A stretch of DNA of 64,000 nt, taken from assembly GCA_040285825.1 (NCBI GenBank), contig JAUPSS010000002.1:2542001-2606000 (forward strand), given 5' to 3'. Positions 47,656 to 60,006 of the stretch are shown piece after piece. Both the position numbers and the translations under genes were made by a program. The notes beneath the pieces were generated by a model. It had not been told where the DNA came from. It saw only the letters and a program-made list of their open reading frames with translations, and searched no databases. The stretch comes from Eukaryota sp. TZLM1-RC (Eukaryota > Protista > Metamonada: BaSk clade). How positions within the stretch are numbered: the first letter of the stretch is position 1; each line of letters begins with the position of its first letter.

Positions 47656-48050
47656 GTATTTTTGTTTCATAGTCGAATTCAAATAAATCATTTATTTTCA
47701 TTTATGAAGAAATTTTTTCAGTGATAGATTAAACAGTCAAGTTGATACTTCCTTGAACCAATTTTGTGGAACTAGGCCGTAAGCGACTGTCTTTGATAAT
47801 ACAAACCATCTCATTAATTAACTTATGACTCAACATCCAGACCCAATTTGTTTACTAAATTGTGTTACCAGCTGTTACAAATTCGAATTCCTTGTTCAAA
47901 TCCTTTAGTCTGACTTTTTCAAGTTTGTTTTATTCCAAGAATACTTCAATTTCATAGTAGAAACTGATAAAATAGCTAAAAAAACCGTAAGTAGAAGAAG
48001 CTCAATGCAAAAATAGTCACAATGTCGTTGAAAAACAACAATTATGACCA

Positions 48051-49520
48051 TCAATTATGACCTCTTCTAACATTTATTTTTCTCAAAATTTCCTCATGTC
48101 TTGCTCTCGAATCTTTTGACTTATCTCGACCACTCTCCATTTTGGGCTTAGCTGAATAATAAACTGAATTCTTTTCATAAAAACCCAAAACATCTCCTAT
48201 TTCCCAAGGCGCGGGTTTTGGTAAAAATTCCGCCATTTTCTTCCTGTACAACTCTACAGATTTCTGCTCCCTGAAACCAGGATCGTTCAAGCACATCGAG
48301 TACGTGGTCTTTTTTTCAGCTCTTTTGAATAGCTTTTGCACCTCAGCAAACTTCCCCAAATGTCCAAAGACATATTCATCGTGGTAACACTGGTGGTACT
48401 CTGCATTATAGAGCTCGTCTTCCTTGGTCAAGAGACTTTTCTGGACCCAGTAATGGTTACAAAGATGCATAAAATGGGGAAAACCATTAGGTGGTCTGAA
48501 TGGAGTGGAAATGATACGGTTATAAACTGTGGAAAACTCTTCAGAAACTTCCCTCATTATATTCTTATTCAAAAGGTACCAAGTGTGTGCCATCGCGTGA
48601 TAGCTTTTGATTGATTGTGGTGGACTAAATACCTTCTCCAACAGTTTAATACCCTGGTACAATCCTCTATTATAAGAGTTTCCCGTGGGTGACGTCACCT
48701 TCCACCAATGTTCAATATGAACCAATGGGGAGTTTGTGGAGGGGTTGAATACCAAGTCAAGTGGTAGTGGTCTAACCATAACCATATCATCATTAAAATA
48801 GTAAAAGTAATCAGAAATGCCAGGAATCCTCCACAAATTAGCCTCAATAGCCTAGAGTTAGGGTTAGTGTTAGCATACATATGAAGAAAAGGTTGGCAAC
48901 ATTGATGAATCCGGGAATATATCTTGATGGTAAACAACAGTAATGAATGCATTGCTCTGATTAAGCCAGCAAGGTACCTGAGAAGGCCCAGAAACAACAA
49001 GAAAAACGTGACGGAGGTTGGGAAGATTGCACCAGATTCCACGGAGAGAGTAAACGACTTCGCCAATGTCGGACCATTCTTTTGAGTGTGAGTCCAGCTT
49101 CTTCCCTGCACGCTGATCTCTCTCCGCTATCCAAGTGGGGTCTGAGCCATTAACCCAGAGAACAACTGCATCCATTCCATCTGGTTTGAGAACACGTTTA
49201 CCTGGAAGGAGGGAGTCATCTTCCATGCCCTGGTCCTCCTCAGGAAGTTCCGGTAGATTAATGTCGTTATTATGTGGTATAGATGAGAGTCCATGATCAG
49301 GCGGTGAGGGTTCAGAGGGTGAAGAAGTTTCTGTGTGATGTTCTGAGTCATGAACATAAGACGTTGTTGAATGTGAAGGTAATGACTCAGTGGAATTAGG
49401 ACTAAGTATCATGAGGAATGTACATAGTAAAAGAAATGACAAAACACCCAACACTATAAACACAGTAGGAAAGGAACGTCGTCGTCGTGATACTTGTCTA
49501 AGATGGGATTGCAAAAGCAT
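48051..49520 (-). CDS. Stealth-family hexose-1-phosphotransferase, type II membrane (27-nt intron 48852-48878)
   Basis: DAVVLWVNGSDP, YSLRGI, LPTFSSY|AIEANLWRIPG, YFNDD and CLND motifs; the intron GTATG...CTAG joins the two ORFs. Confidence 0.88.
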
Positions 49521-49598
49521 TTACAATGGAAATAACAAAAAGATTTTATATAAATGAACAAAAGTTGATGATGATATCAAGTTTGAAGCCTTTACAAT

Positions 49599-49757
49599 AC
49601 CACTGTTGGTAGCATAATGGGAATGACTTTGACATCAACTGTCACAAGTCGAGGGTTCGACTCCCTCCAGTGGTTGCGCCCTGAGTACTGGCAATATACT
49701 GATCTGTTCAGTTTTCGTACAGATTGCTGGGTCAGTGCTCGTGAAGGGGCGTTTTTT
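49599..49757 (+). ncRNA. Atypical tRNA-like module followed by a long hairpin and T6 (putative Pol III transcript)
   Basis: Acceptor ACCACTG/CAGTGGT, A-box TAGCATAATGG, T-arm GAGGG-TTCGACT-CCCTC; hairpin gcgccc..gagtactggc/gtcagtgctc..gggcgt; then tttttt. Confidence 0.55.
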
Positions 49758-50687
49758 GCTCACAACACCATTTTCTAAAGCATGATTGTTCTGAGTTCGT
49801 ACATTTTTGCATAGGCTGTTTTGTAATCCCGTTCGCAATACTTCACTGATTTGTGTAATGAATCAATTGAAGCACTCTTTCTCATTTCGAAATACATTGC
49901 TTTTATTATTTTACCGCAAGTGCTTTCTAAAAAGGAGCATTTTGTGGACTAAAGCACCACTTTTTGCTTCTTGTGCTGTTATTGGTGGATATAGAAACGC
50001 TAAATTTGAGTTTCCTGAAAGTTTTGCATACTGAATAGATTTATTAATGACTAGCGAGAGCTCAATTTCAATTACATCAAAAAATTTCACAACAATGACA
50101 TACAACAATGGAATAAATACTTTCCTTAAGCACTTAATGTCACCATTCTAGAACCGAATTTCATTAATTAAAACAAAACTCTTACACTATTGAAGGAAAT
50201 TTGTAGTTGATGAGCTTCTACTCAATTTTTTTCAAAGGAAGAACAACTTAATATGTCCAATTGCTAGATCCAGGTAATCGAAAATTTGAGACACTAGAAT
50301 TGTTGAACACCTCACACGGTACCACGAATGATAAATAATAGAAACAATAGACAGAAAAACTTGCCCTATTAGTATATATGAGTATTATGTAATGTTGCAA
50401 AGCATTCAAATTGAAAAATTGAAGATCAGGTTTCAGCAAAAACCACAGCACTTCTTTTAAAATTCTCACTTATTGACAAAATGAGTTAAATATTAAAGTC
50501 AACCAATATTAATTGAATATTTCTTAATAAGTGATAAGATCGACAAATTAATAAGAAGAAAATGAATCCAAATATTTCTTATAATCAAAAATACTCGATC
50601 GCTAAAATGTACAAAATTTCATTATTAAAAACAATCTCTATAAACCTTTTTAATTTGTACAAAACATTAAGCAAAATACAATAATTG

Positions 50688-52940
50688 CTAATTTAAAGTC
50701 ATGGAAAGCCATCTTCTCAACAAAAAGCATCTGTTATTAGGTGCAACTGATCTTCCTTCAGAGTGGAACACAATTGGCAACCTATAACAAATAATAGAGT
50801 TACTGGGAAGCAGTAGGCCAGACAGCAAAGAATATCTGGCATCATCAGCAAAACAACCTGCTTTAATTATTGGTTTCAATTGGCAATTTATATTGGAATT
50901 AGGCGTATAAACATGGAGTCTACTTAGATAGGCTGAAATACTACCGCATTTGGAACATGGTAAAATAAAGGGTAAATCATTATTCAGTAAAAAAGAAACT
51001 AAATCTGAACTAGAACTAGGAGGTGTTATGCCAACAGAAGCCAAAACAGAACTGTTTAGGAGAAAACGGCAACCTGTACACGTGGAGTGGGTCAAGAATG
51101 GTGAAATACATTCATATTCGACTGCCAATCCAATCAATCCCCCATTGATTCCACGTAAGTTAACATCAGCAAAAGTAAATGATAGATGAGGTTCAGGAAA
51201 GCAACCATGGCCGGTAATGAATCCCTTATTTACCCTTGATCCATCAGAATCATCAAGACCATCAATCAAATTGGACTGGTCAAGAATTGTCAAGCAGGAA
51301 ATCGTAAATGGCGAACTAGTTAATTCAATGTTAAGTGATTGTGAAACAAATTGATACTGAATCCACAGTCGACTTGAAGATGTACAATAACTACAAGATA
51401 AAGGCTTCTTTTTGGTTCGAGGTTTTTTAATCAAATCAAAATAAAACAAGAAATCCCAAGAAAATGGTGGATCTGAAAAATCTGCAAATCTACCACAATG
51501 GCAACCAATCAAAGATTTTGAACCTTGATGACGGGATTGGTTAGCAATGATTGAATTTATGAGAACTGCTTGTGGGATGGAAGAGTCGATGCAAGAGCCA
51601 AAAATTCGTGAATTTCTGTTGATTTTGCTTGAAAATGACCTCAAGTCAATGGTTTTCTGATCCTTTTTGACCTTCATCACGTCATCATGCCACAAAAAAG
51701 GTTCAAAAATGAACACACCTGAATTATCAATTAAATTGGGCTTAATAACTTTGCGATTTTTGACCTCCAAGTCAAAGCATATCTCCCCATTGGTGCCTTT
51801 ATTGTCCATTTTTGAGTTTGTTGAATTGTCACCAGGGAATCTGGGAACAGAGACATAAGGAAACCAGAAATGAAGACTTGACTGGCAAGTGTTACCAAAA
51901 AGAGAAACTTGACTGCATTGTGATCGTTTAACCATCAAATCCTTGAATATTGAGCTCACCAAAACGTCATCAAGACCTTTTTGTGACCCAATGGACAATG
52001 CCTTTGAATAAGCCTGTCCGATATTCATGGCACCCAAATATTTAATTATCAACTCCCTCAAAACGTCAATAGATGCTGATTCTCTATAAGAAATAAAATC
52101 ATTAATTGGATGAATAATATGGCTTAAAATTAAATCAAATTCGGAAACTTTATAGTTTTTAAATAAACCATAGTAATTATCAGCTTTTTGAATAAAAAAG
52201 ATCAAATAATCCTTGAACCTTCTTGACCAAGTATTCCAGTCAATTTTGGAAAAATTCCTCTTTATGAAATCAAAAATTTGGCCACTAACATCAAAAATTT
52301 CATTATCGAAAGAAAGAAAAGTTCCAAGACTGTGAAACTTTTTAAAAGAATCAGCTAGCTTTAAATTGGAAAAATCAAAAAGAAATTGACTTCTGAGTGC
52401 TGTTAAAATCTCTCCCCTAATCTTCTCCTCTTGTTCTGTCGTCTCCATTCCTTCCCTGTCTGTGACGAAAGCCATCATGGGAGGACTAATGCGGGGTAAG
52501 AATTTGGAAGCGACTACTGACGCTGAGATTAAGTTAGTGATAAAAGGAGAGGGTCGGACGGATGGCGAGATCATGAACACAGCATTGGAGTTGGAGCAGG
52601 AGAGAAGAAGAAGGGCAACGAGAGAGAGGTGATGGGTGGAGGAAGTGGTAGTGAGGAGATCGAAGTGGATATAGTACTGAGAGGTTGTTTTGGAATATAA
52701 AAGGTAAACCTGGATGGAAGGTTTAGGTGGGGGAAGGATATAATGATAAGGATGGAGAGGATTGAGAAGAAGAGAAAGATGGTCGTGTCGATTAGGGTAA
52801 AATGGTCCGAAAGTGGTTAACACATCGAGATTAGGCTGAGTGAGAGTGTTCTTTGTAATGAAGGACGATATGTGACTGATAAACTGTTGAGGAGTCTGCT
52901 TCTCAAACTGGTCAGCTGATAGAGTACAAATGAAAGACAT
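50688..52940 (-). CDS. SMG8-like nonsense-mediated decay factor
   Basis: CHCGR...DPPF, VEYEC...GCRF, DLPFILPC, LSRLHVYTP and LLLP...YRLP motifs typical of the SMG8 C-terminal half. Confidence 0.65.
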   Translation of the reverse strand: MSFICTLSADQFEKQTPQQFISHISSFITKNTLTQPNLDVLTTFGPFYPNRHDHLSLLLNPLHPYHYILPPPKPSIQVYLLYSKTTSQYYIHFDLLTTTSSTHHLSLVALLLLSCSNSNAVFMISPSVRPSPFITNLISASVVASKFLPRISPPMMAFVTDREGMETTEQEEKIRGEILTALRSQFLFDFSNLKLADSFKKFHSLGTFLSFDNEIFDVSGQIFDFIKRNFSKIDWNTWSRRFKDYLIFFIQKADNYYGLFKNYKVSEFDLILSHIIHPINDFISYRESASIDVLRELIIKYLGAMNIGQAYSKALSIGSQKGLDDVLVSSIFKDLMVKRSQCSQVSLFGNTCQSSLHFWFPYVSVPRFPGDNSTNSKMDNKGTNGEICFDLEVKNRKVIKPNLIDNSGVFIFEPFLWHDDVMKVKKDQKTIDLRSFSSKINRNSRIFGSCIDSSIPQAVLINSIIANQSRHQGSKSLIGCHCGRFADFSDPPFSWDFLFYFDLIKKPRTKKKPLSCSYCTSSSRLWIQYQFVSQSLNIELTSSPFTISCLTILDQSNLIDGLDDSDGSRVNKGFITGHGCFPEPHLSFTFADVNLRGINGGLIGLAVEYECISPFLTHSTCTGCRFLLNSSVLASVGITPPSSSSDLVSFLLNNDLPFILPCSKCGSISAYLSRLHVYTPNSNINCQLKPIIKAGCFADDARYSLLSGLLLPSNSIICYRLPIVFHSEGRSVAPNNRCFLLRRWLSMTLN

Positions 52941-53419
52941 CGGCTAATAGCACAGAAACAAATCGGAAAAAAATGCAAGTTGTTAATTGAAAGAAAAGAA
53001 TGACCATTCAACTGACCATTCAGAACAGTTTCGTTTCAAAACTTATTTCATATTTAAAGACTGGGTTTTAAAAACAACTAGACAAGGTAAAATCAATTGA
53101 CTTAAATCAATACTTTCCCTGAAAAATTTGAAGTAATTTTTGAAGCCCTAAATGTCAGGTCAATGGAGAATTATAATGATACCTTTGAATTCCTCTGTCT
53201 GGAATTACAAATTGAAAAACTTGGAATTTAAAGGTATGATTCTGATCGACTCCATCATACAAAACTATCAAATCTCTGTTTGCTTAATTTTGAACCATTG
53301 TTGGGACGCAACTTTAAAATTTTCCTGCTTTTACTGATAATTTTCAGTTTATAAGAATTAGTCACGAAATAAAGGCAAGTTTCTCATTTCTCTCCAAAAT
53401 TTGCTTCTATTGATACAAC

Positions 53420-54130
53420 TATCATAATTTCTTTGATTTCCATTTGCTTTGAATTCAAGAAGAGCGGCAAGTTGTCAATTTAGGACAACTAAGAACATGA
53501 GAAAAGATGTGCTGTGGTCAATTCGAACAAATACAGTTTTCTCTCAATAAAGGTTGATAAATTGGAATATTTAACTATAATCTCATTTTAATTACACAAT
53601 CTTCATCATAGGGACATAGCCTATGTCACATAGCCCAAATCTTTACGGTACAATGTGCAATGGTGGCAAATAGTGACGAATTTGATGACTGTTTCTCACA
53701 AACATTTTTTTCCATTAACAATGACTGACAATCTTTATCCAAAACAGCCGAGCTACATACAATACCAAGAATGTTGTATCTGTACACGTTGGTCAATCGT
53801 TTTTGTTAAGTTTCAAGCGTGCATTTTTAATTTATATAATTTCTCCCAGCAATAATGCTATTGATTGATCGGGAAATCATTGATTCCACTTCCCTACATC
53901 AATTTGTGAAGTTTCTTTATTTCATGCAAAATCAAATCAGCTTTGGCATTTTGCTATCAAAACTACCCAATCTGTAATACCTTTCTGAAAACTGAAACAT
54001 GGCATTTCTACATCCACTAATAAAAGTACAAGAATTAAGAATGGAGGCTTTAGTCCAGCTTAAACCACCATAGTGTAGACTGAGAAAAGCATGATTAGCA
54101 ATCTCGGGCATACTCACCCTACTAATCTTT
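53420..54130 (-). mobile_element. Degenerate CRE-like relic
   Basis: Eroded similarity to 30260-30600 plus a LHYGGLSW thumb-like motif. Confidence 0.55.
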
Positions 54131-54654
54131 TTATTATTCTTTTTGTTATTCCAAAACTATAGCATAAAATTCATTCAACTCCTGAGTCAAAGGCCAAGAA
54201 ATAAGAGGTTTTTTATATCGAACCAATAGCTTAGTATGATAAATTGTAGTAAATTATACCATATCACTCAATTCAAGTGACTTGACTTGGAAATTACCAA
54301 GTTGAATTGTGAAAACCGACTTGTAGTATGTTCTCAAAAAATGCATCTTCCACATTTGCTTATACTAGTGTTAGCCTTAGACTTGAGTCAAATGAGAAAA
54401 GTTGGTTGACTAGAGATTGACTTGACAACATTAGTAAAATTGATGTTATCCAATTTCATCATTTGGTCGAGTTTTTCACAAATAATATTTATCAAACAAT
54501 TGTTGGTGATTTAATCAGTATTTCCCAAACACGAACCCAAATAATGAATAAAAGCAGATGAACGCAACTTGACTGGAATTTCAATTCTATTAAATGGTGA
54601 CACAATTGGAGAATATGCAGGCAAAACACATTTAACACGAAGATTTAGACTTTG

Positions 54655-55410
54655 TGCTAATAATGAAGCGTTTGAAACAAAAATGATATCATATTTGAAT
54701 ATTCCCATTAATCAATTATGATTAAAAAAATGTATTTGTTCGAATTCACCACAGCTCACTTTGCGTCATGCTTTGAATTGTACCAAATTGACAATTTCTC
54801 GTTCTTCATTACATGATGCTGCTAGAGACGCTGTTTTTAATATGGCACGAAGTGCAAGAATCTCGTGTATCAAAGAGCCTCTGCTGAAAGAAATACTGTC
54901 ATTGAATAATTTTGGCTCTGATAATGGAGCTGATATATACTGTGATTGGATTGAGAACTCTAAAGCTGTTGTTGATTTTGTCTCATGTAATGTTGCAAAT
55001 GACAGTTTGGTTCAAAGAAGAAGACTTAATTTTGTAGATGCTCTTGAATTTAAGGCCAACCAAAAACATAGAAAATATGACAAAAATATCGAACAAGCTA
55101 ATGCTGATAGAAATAGACACCTTGTTTTTGTTGCTTTCCCATTTTCTATAAACGGAAGAAACTCAGTAGAAGCAAGAATTTTTTTTGAATGATTTGCAAA
55201 AAATGGTTCAAGAAAAAACAATAAAAACATTTGATATTTTTTTATGGCGCTTTCGAATTCAATTTGCCATTATTTATAGATTACCTCGGTTTTTCAATCG
55301 AATTAGAGAACCTTTAGCTAGACAGCAAGCAGATCAAAATTTTGTAGAGGAAATCTTGGTTCAATGAATTTCGTCCCTTTATTTATGAGTTTATTTTGTT
55401 AAGTGTGGAA
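54655..55410 (+). mobile_element. CRE-like 3' fragment (family B), frameshifted
   Basis: RHALNC...LHDAARD...ADIYCDW...FVEEILVQ. Confidence 0.8.
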
Positions 55411-55790
55411 GTTTTATTATTATAACACATTTAACTAACTTTTCTGGAAGACCAATTTTGTTGAATAATTCTGTAAAGACAACAAGGAAACATTTTTTGA
55501 ATTTGTTATAAAAATCATGTTGTATCATCAGTTGGCACTAGGCTACATTGTCGTATTTGGAGAATGTTTAATTTTTCTATTTGTATGAATCTGCTACCAT
55601 TGTTTGTGCATGATTATACAGCTTCTTGGTGAGTGATTTGCTCACACATCCTCATCTCAAACTCTCTATGTCACTGCTGTTAATTATTAATTCCCAAGTA
55701 TTAAATGAAATATAATTAAATGAAATCAATAAGCAAAAGTACTAAAGTATTCAAGCAAAAAAAACTATTTATTAAACAATCCACAATTAC

Positions 55791-56660
55791 TTACCAAGCC
55801 TTATCCCTAACCCCAGCATAATGGTGATGCAAAGAAATCAGAGAAACTGCCAACCCCACATGCCATATCCCATGTAACTGAAACCAAGAATGTGGATCAC
55901 ATGCTACTCCATGACGGTCAAGCTCCCAAACAACATAACTAAACCCAAGAAAAGCCAAAGCCAGGACGAAATGGACAGACGGCCATTCTTGTTGAGCAAT
56001 ACTGAACAAAATTTCAGAGGCAATGGAAATAAATAGACATATAATTAAAATTGTCCAAGTTAAACGACCCCATCTGATTATTTCAAGATTATACACAATT
56101 ACCAAAGCAGCAATTAAACTATACCAAGTCATAAACTTTGTATGAAACTGTTTAAGTCCAGTAGGACTAAATAAGACGCATAGCAATTTCATAACAGAAA
56201 ATGTTGCAATGTAGGTCGAGATGAAATGCATTGAGATGCCATCAATACGTTCAGCAGTAAGGGTCAACATACAATGATAGGCAGATGAACCTAGACCAAT
56301 AAGAAAAACAATGGATGCAAACACAAATATGGCCCCAAGTTTGCTTTTCTTCATGCTGCCATTGACGTTCATAGAAACAATATACACAGCAGTGAGACCA
56401 AAGGTGAGACTACTGAACCCATTGGCTGGTTGTCTGCAAAAGGCTTCATCATTAATTGCCTCGCAGTAACAATCAGGGACACATCCAGCTTGTTCAAACT
56501 CTGTCCAAGTTTGATCAGCGTAATAGTGACCCAAAATGAAGTAGACCGATGTAGAGACAACCAGGGAGACAAGAATTGATCTCCAGAGAACAAAGAAAAA
56601 TGGCAATGGGGTGTACTTTGCTTCCAGATAGTCATCAATAATGGGTGCGTCTGTACTCAT
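55791..56660 (-). CDS. CREST-superfamily (alkaline ceramidase-like) membrane hydrolase
   Basis: YCE...RQPANGFSSL, GLGSSAYH and QLHGIWH metal-binding motifs; multiple TM segments. Confidence 0.8.
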   Translation of the reverse strand: MSTDAPIIDDYLEAKYTPLPFFFVLWRSILVSLVVSTSVYFILGHYYADQTWTEFEQAGCVPDCYCEAINDEAFCRQPANGFSSLTFGLTAVYIVSMNVNGSMKKSKLGAIFVFASIVFLIGLGSSAYHCMLTLTAERIDGISMHFISTYIATFSVMKLLCVLFSPTGLKQFHTKFMTWYSLIAALVIVYNLEIIRWGRLTWTILIICLFISIASEILFSIAQQEWPSVHFVLALAFLGFSYVVWELDRHGVACDPHSWFQLHGIWHVGLAVSLISLHHHYAGVRDKAW

Positions 56661-57460
56661 TTGTACTGTTCAGGATAATAACATAGTAACAAGGTGGTTT
56701 GGGTTAAAAGTGGTTGGTAGACATCTTGATAGGGGGCATCTATTGATACCTTGAGTTAGTTCGGCATCTCGGTTCGTTATGGTAATATCACACCATTGTT
56801 TTTCTCCTCCCTCCTTATACTATTAGACTATCTATCAACCAACAAAGGAAATTTTATTCAGATTGATCTACAACATCTATATTTTGGTCATCAACCTGAC
56901 CAAATATAGCATTGAAGAAAGTTGGTGTAAAAAAAGAGATTTATGTGTAAAAACAGATTGCTAGATTTACTGTAGCAGTTGAAATAATGGTTTGGGAAAA
57001 CTTTTTTGAGCAGAACCTCTGATGCCACATGTAAATTAACAAAAACTAGTAGTCAACATTCAGCATTCTAACATTGGATTTACCCTGTTCAAAAGAATGT
57101 TCACTAGAAAATTAGATAGATTGTGATTCCATTCACCATGATTAAACAGTTTCATATGTATTGTAGTTAATACTAGTTATTTGCTATGTAGTGTTAATCC
57201 ATTAGTTGGAAATGGAGATTAATAGAAACGATCAATTCTAAATTTAAAAAGCTAATCCATATGTACAAATATGATCTGTTATTATGGAAAAGAAGTGACA
57301 CTGGCTCAATTTCGCACACAACACCTGGATTTTGATAATGGCATATTGAAATTGTCAATGCGATATTTATGATATAAAAGGTTTTTTACTCATTTAAGCC
57401 TTAACAACAGTCATTAATTTAATACAAACATTATTAATACACATGTCTGTAAATGTGTGA

Positions 57461-58914
<1,454 letters not shown>

Positions 58915-59327
58915 ATGTATTAATTTTGTTACTAAATTAATAAATTTTGTATTTTCAATTGTGAAAATTCGGCATTACAGTGGACTAAACTACACTATTA
59001 TTTTCAACATGTCTTGGAAGTTACCGATCAGTTTTAAAATGTGTCTGTTCCAGTAATAAAACTTTAATTTGATGTGAGATTCCTAACATTGAGTCATTTT
59101 ATTCATTTATTTAGACGTTTCGACACAAACCACAATTTTTGAGTTGAACATGCAGGTTTTCTAGCGGTTTGCTAGCTATTGACCCTGGAATATGGCTAAA
59201 AAACCTAACTGTTCTGAAAAAATGAAGCGGAACCGAGTACAGATGAGATCTGGATGTTGGCCAAAAATCAAGACCAAAAAATTGAAATACTTTCCCACAA
59301 GGAAAACCCATGATAAGAAAGTCTACC

Positions 59328-59405
59328 TGCCGCAACACCAGCCTTATCGTCAGCACCTAGGAGAGAGTTTCCAGAGGCAGTAATGATGTCTCGCCCTATG
59401 TAACG
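59328..59405 (-). pseudogene. Peptidase T (M20B)-like fragment
   Basis: Translates as RYIGRDIITASGNSLLGADDKAGVAA, the PepT LLGADDKAG signature; flanks have stops and frameshifts. Confidence 0.7.
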
Positions 59406-60006
59406 GTAAAGCAAGGTAAGTCAACATCATCAAGTTCAACAGACACATTGTCCCTGACTCTGTATGATAAAAGCAATTTAGGGCGACTGAGTGTACCAGT
59501 GTGGTGGAAGCGAGATGGCGTTTAGTTAGTGTACTATTGTTAGTTAGGAACGAGACAATTGTAGGTGTAAGGGAGTCAGAAATGTTGTTTTCGGTGATGT
59601 TGTCAAGTCTTTACATCGGAGAAGATAGAGTTCGTGTAAGAGAGAAGTTGTGAATGTTGTCCTGTCAAGAGTCATTGTTAGGTTAAGTGGTTTCTATTTA
59701 AAGATTAAAGACGTGTCAAGTTGATCAGATTATGAAAAAAAACTTTATTCGAACTCATTGAAACAACACGTTTTCTTGATTGAAAAATGCTAATGTTATC
59801 ACCTAAAAAACTCCTTCAACTGAATCCTTTTCACGAAAGAAAATAGTTGCGGCAGCTTAAATATCACGTATTATAGTGTTTAATTATCATTTTTCTCAGG
59901 CTTTGTATTTGTATAGATGTAAGAAGTTGTGAATAAATCAAATTTTTATTGTTGACTGTCTGATCTTTTCTCGACTGACATATTCACCCCAACGGCAAAT
60001 CCAGAG

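Noticed and set aside
48856-48870. Telomere-like ttagggttag
   Set aside because: Under two units, and it is the CTAAC branch region of the Stealth intron.
49599-49675. Selenocysteine tRNA (TCA within the loop)
   Set aside because: No U33, no long D-stem or variable arm, and a 7/5 rather than 9/4 architecture.
56723-56732. 10-nt reverse-complement match (ctatcaagat) to the putative Fanzor guide, upstream of the ceramidase-like gene
   Set aside because: Too short for an AT-rich 64-kb window, and no TTAA-like TAM is adjacent.
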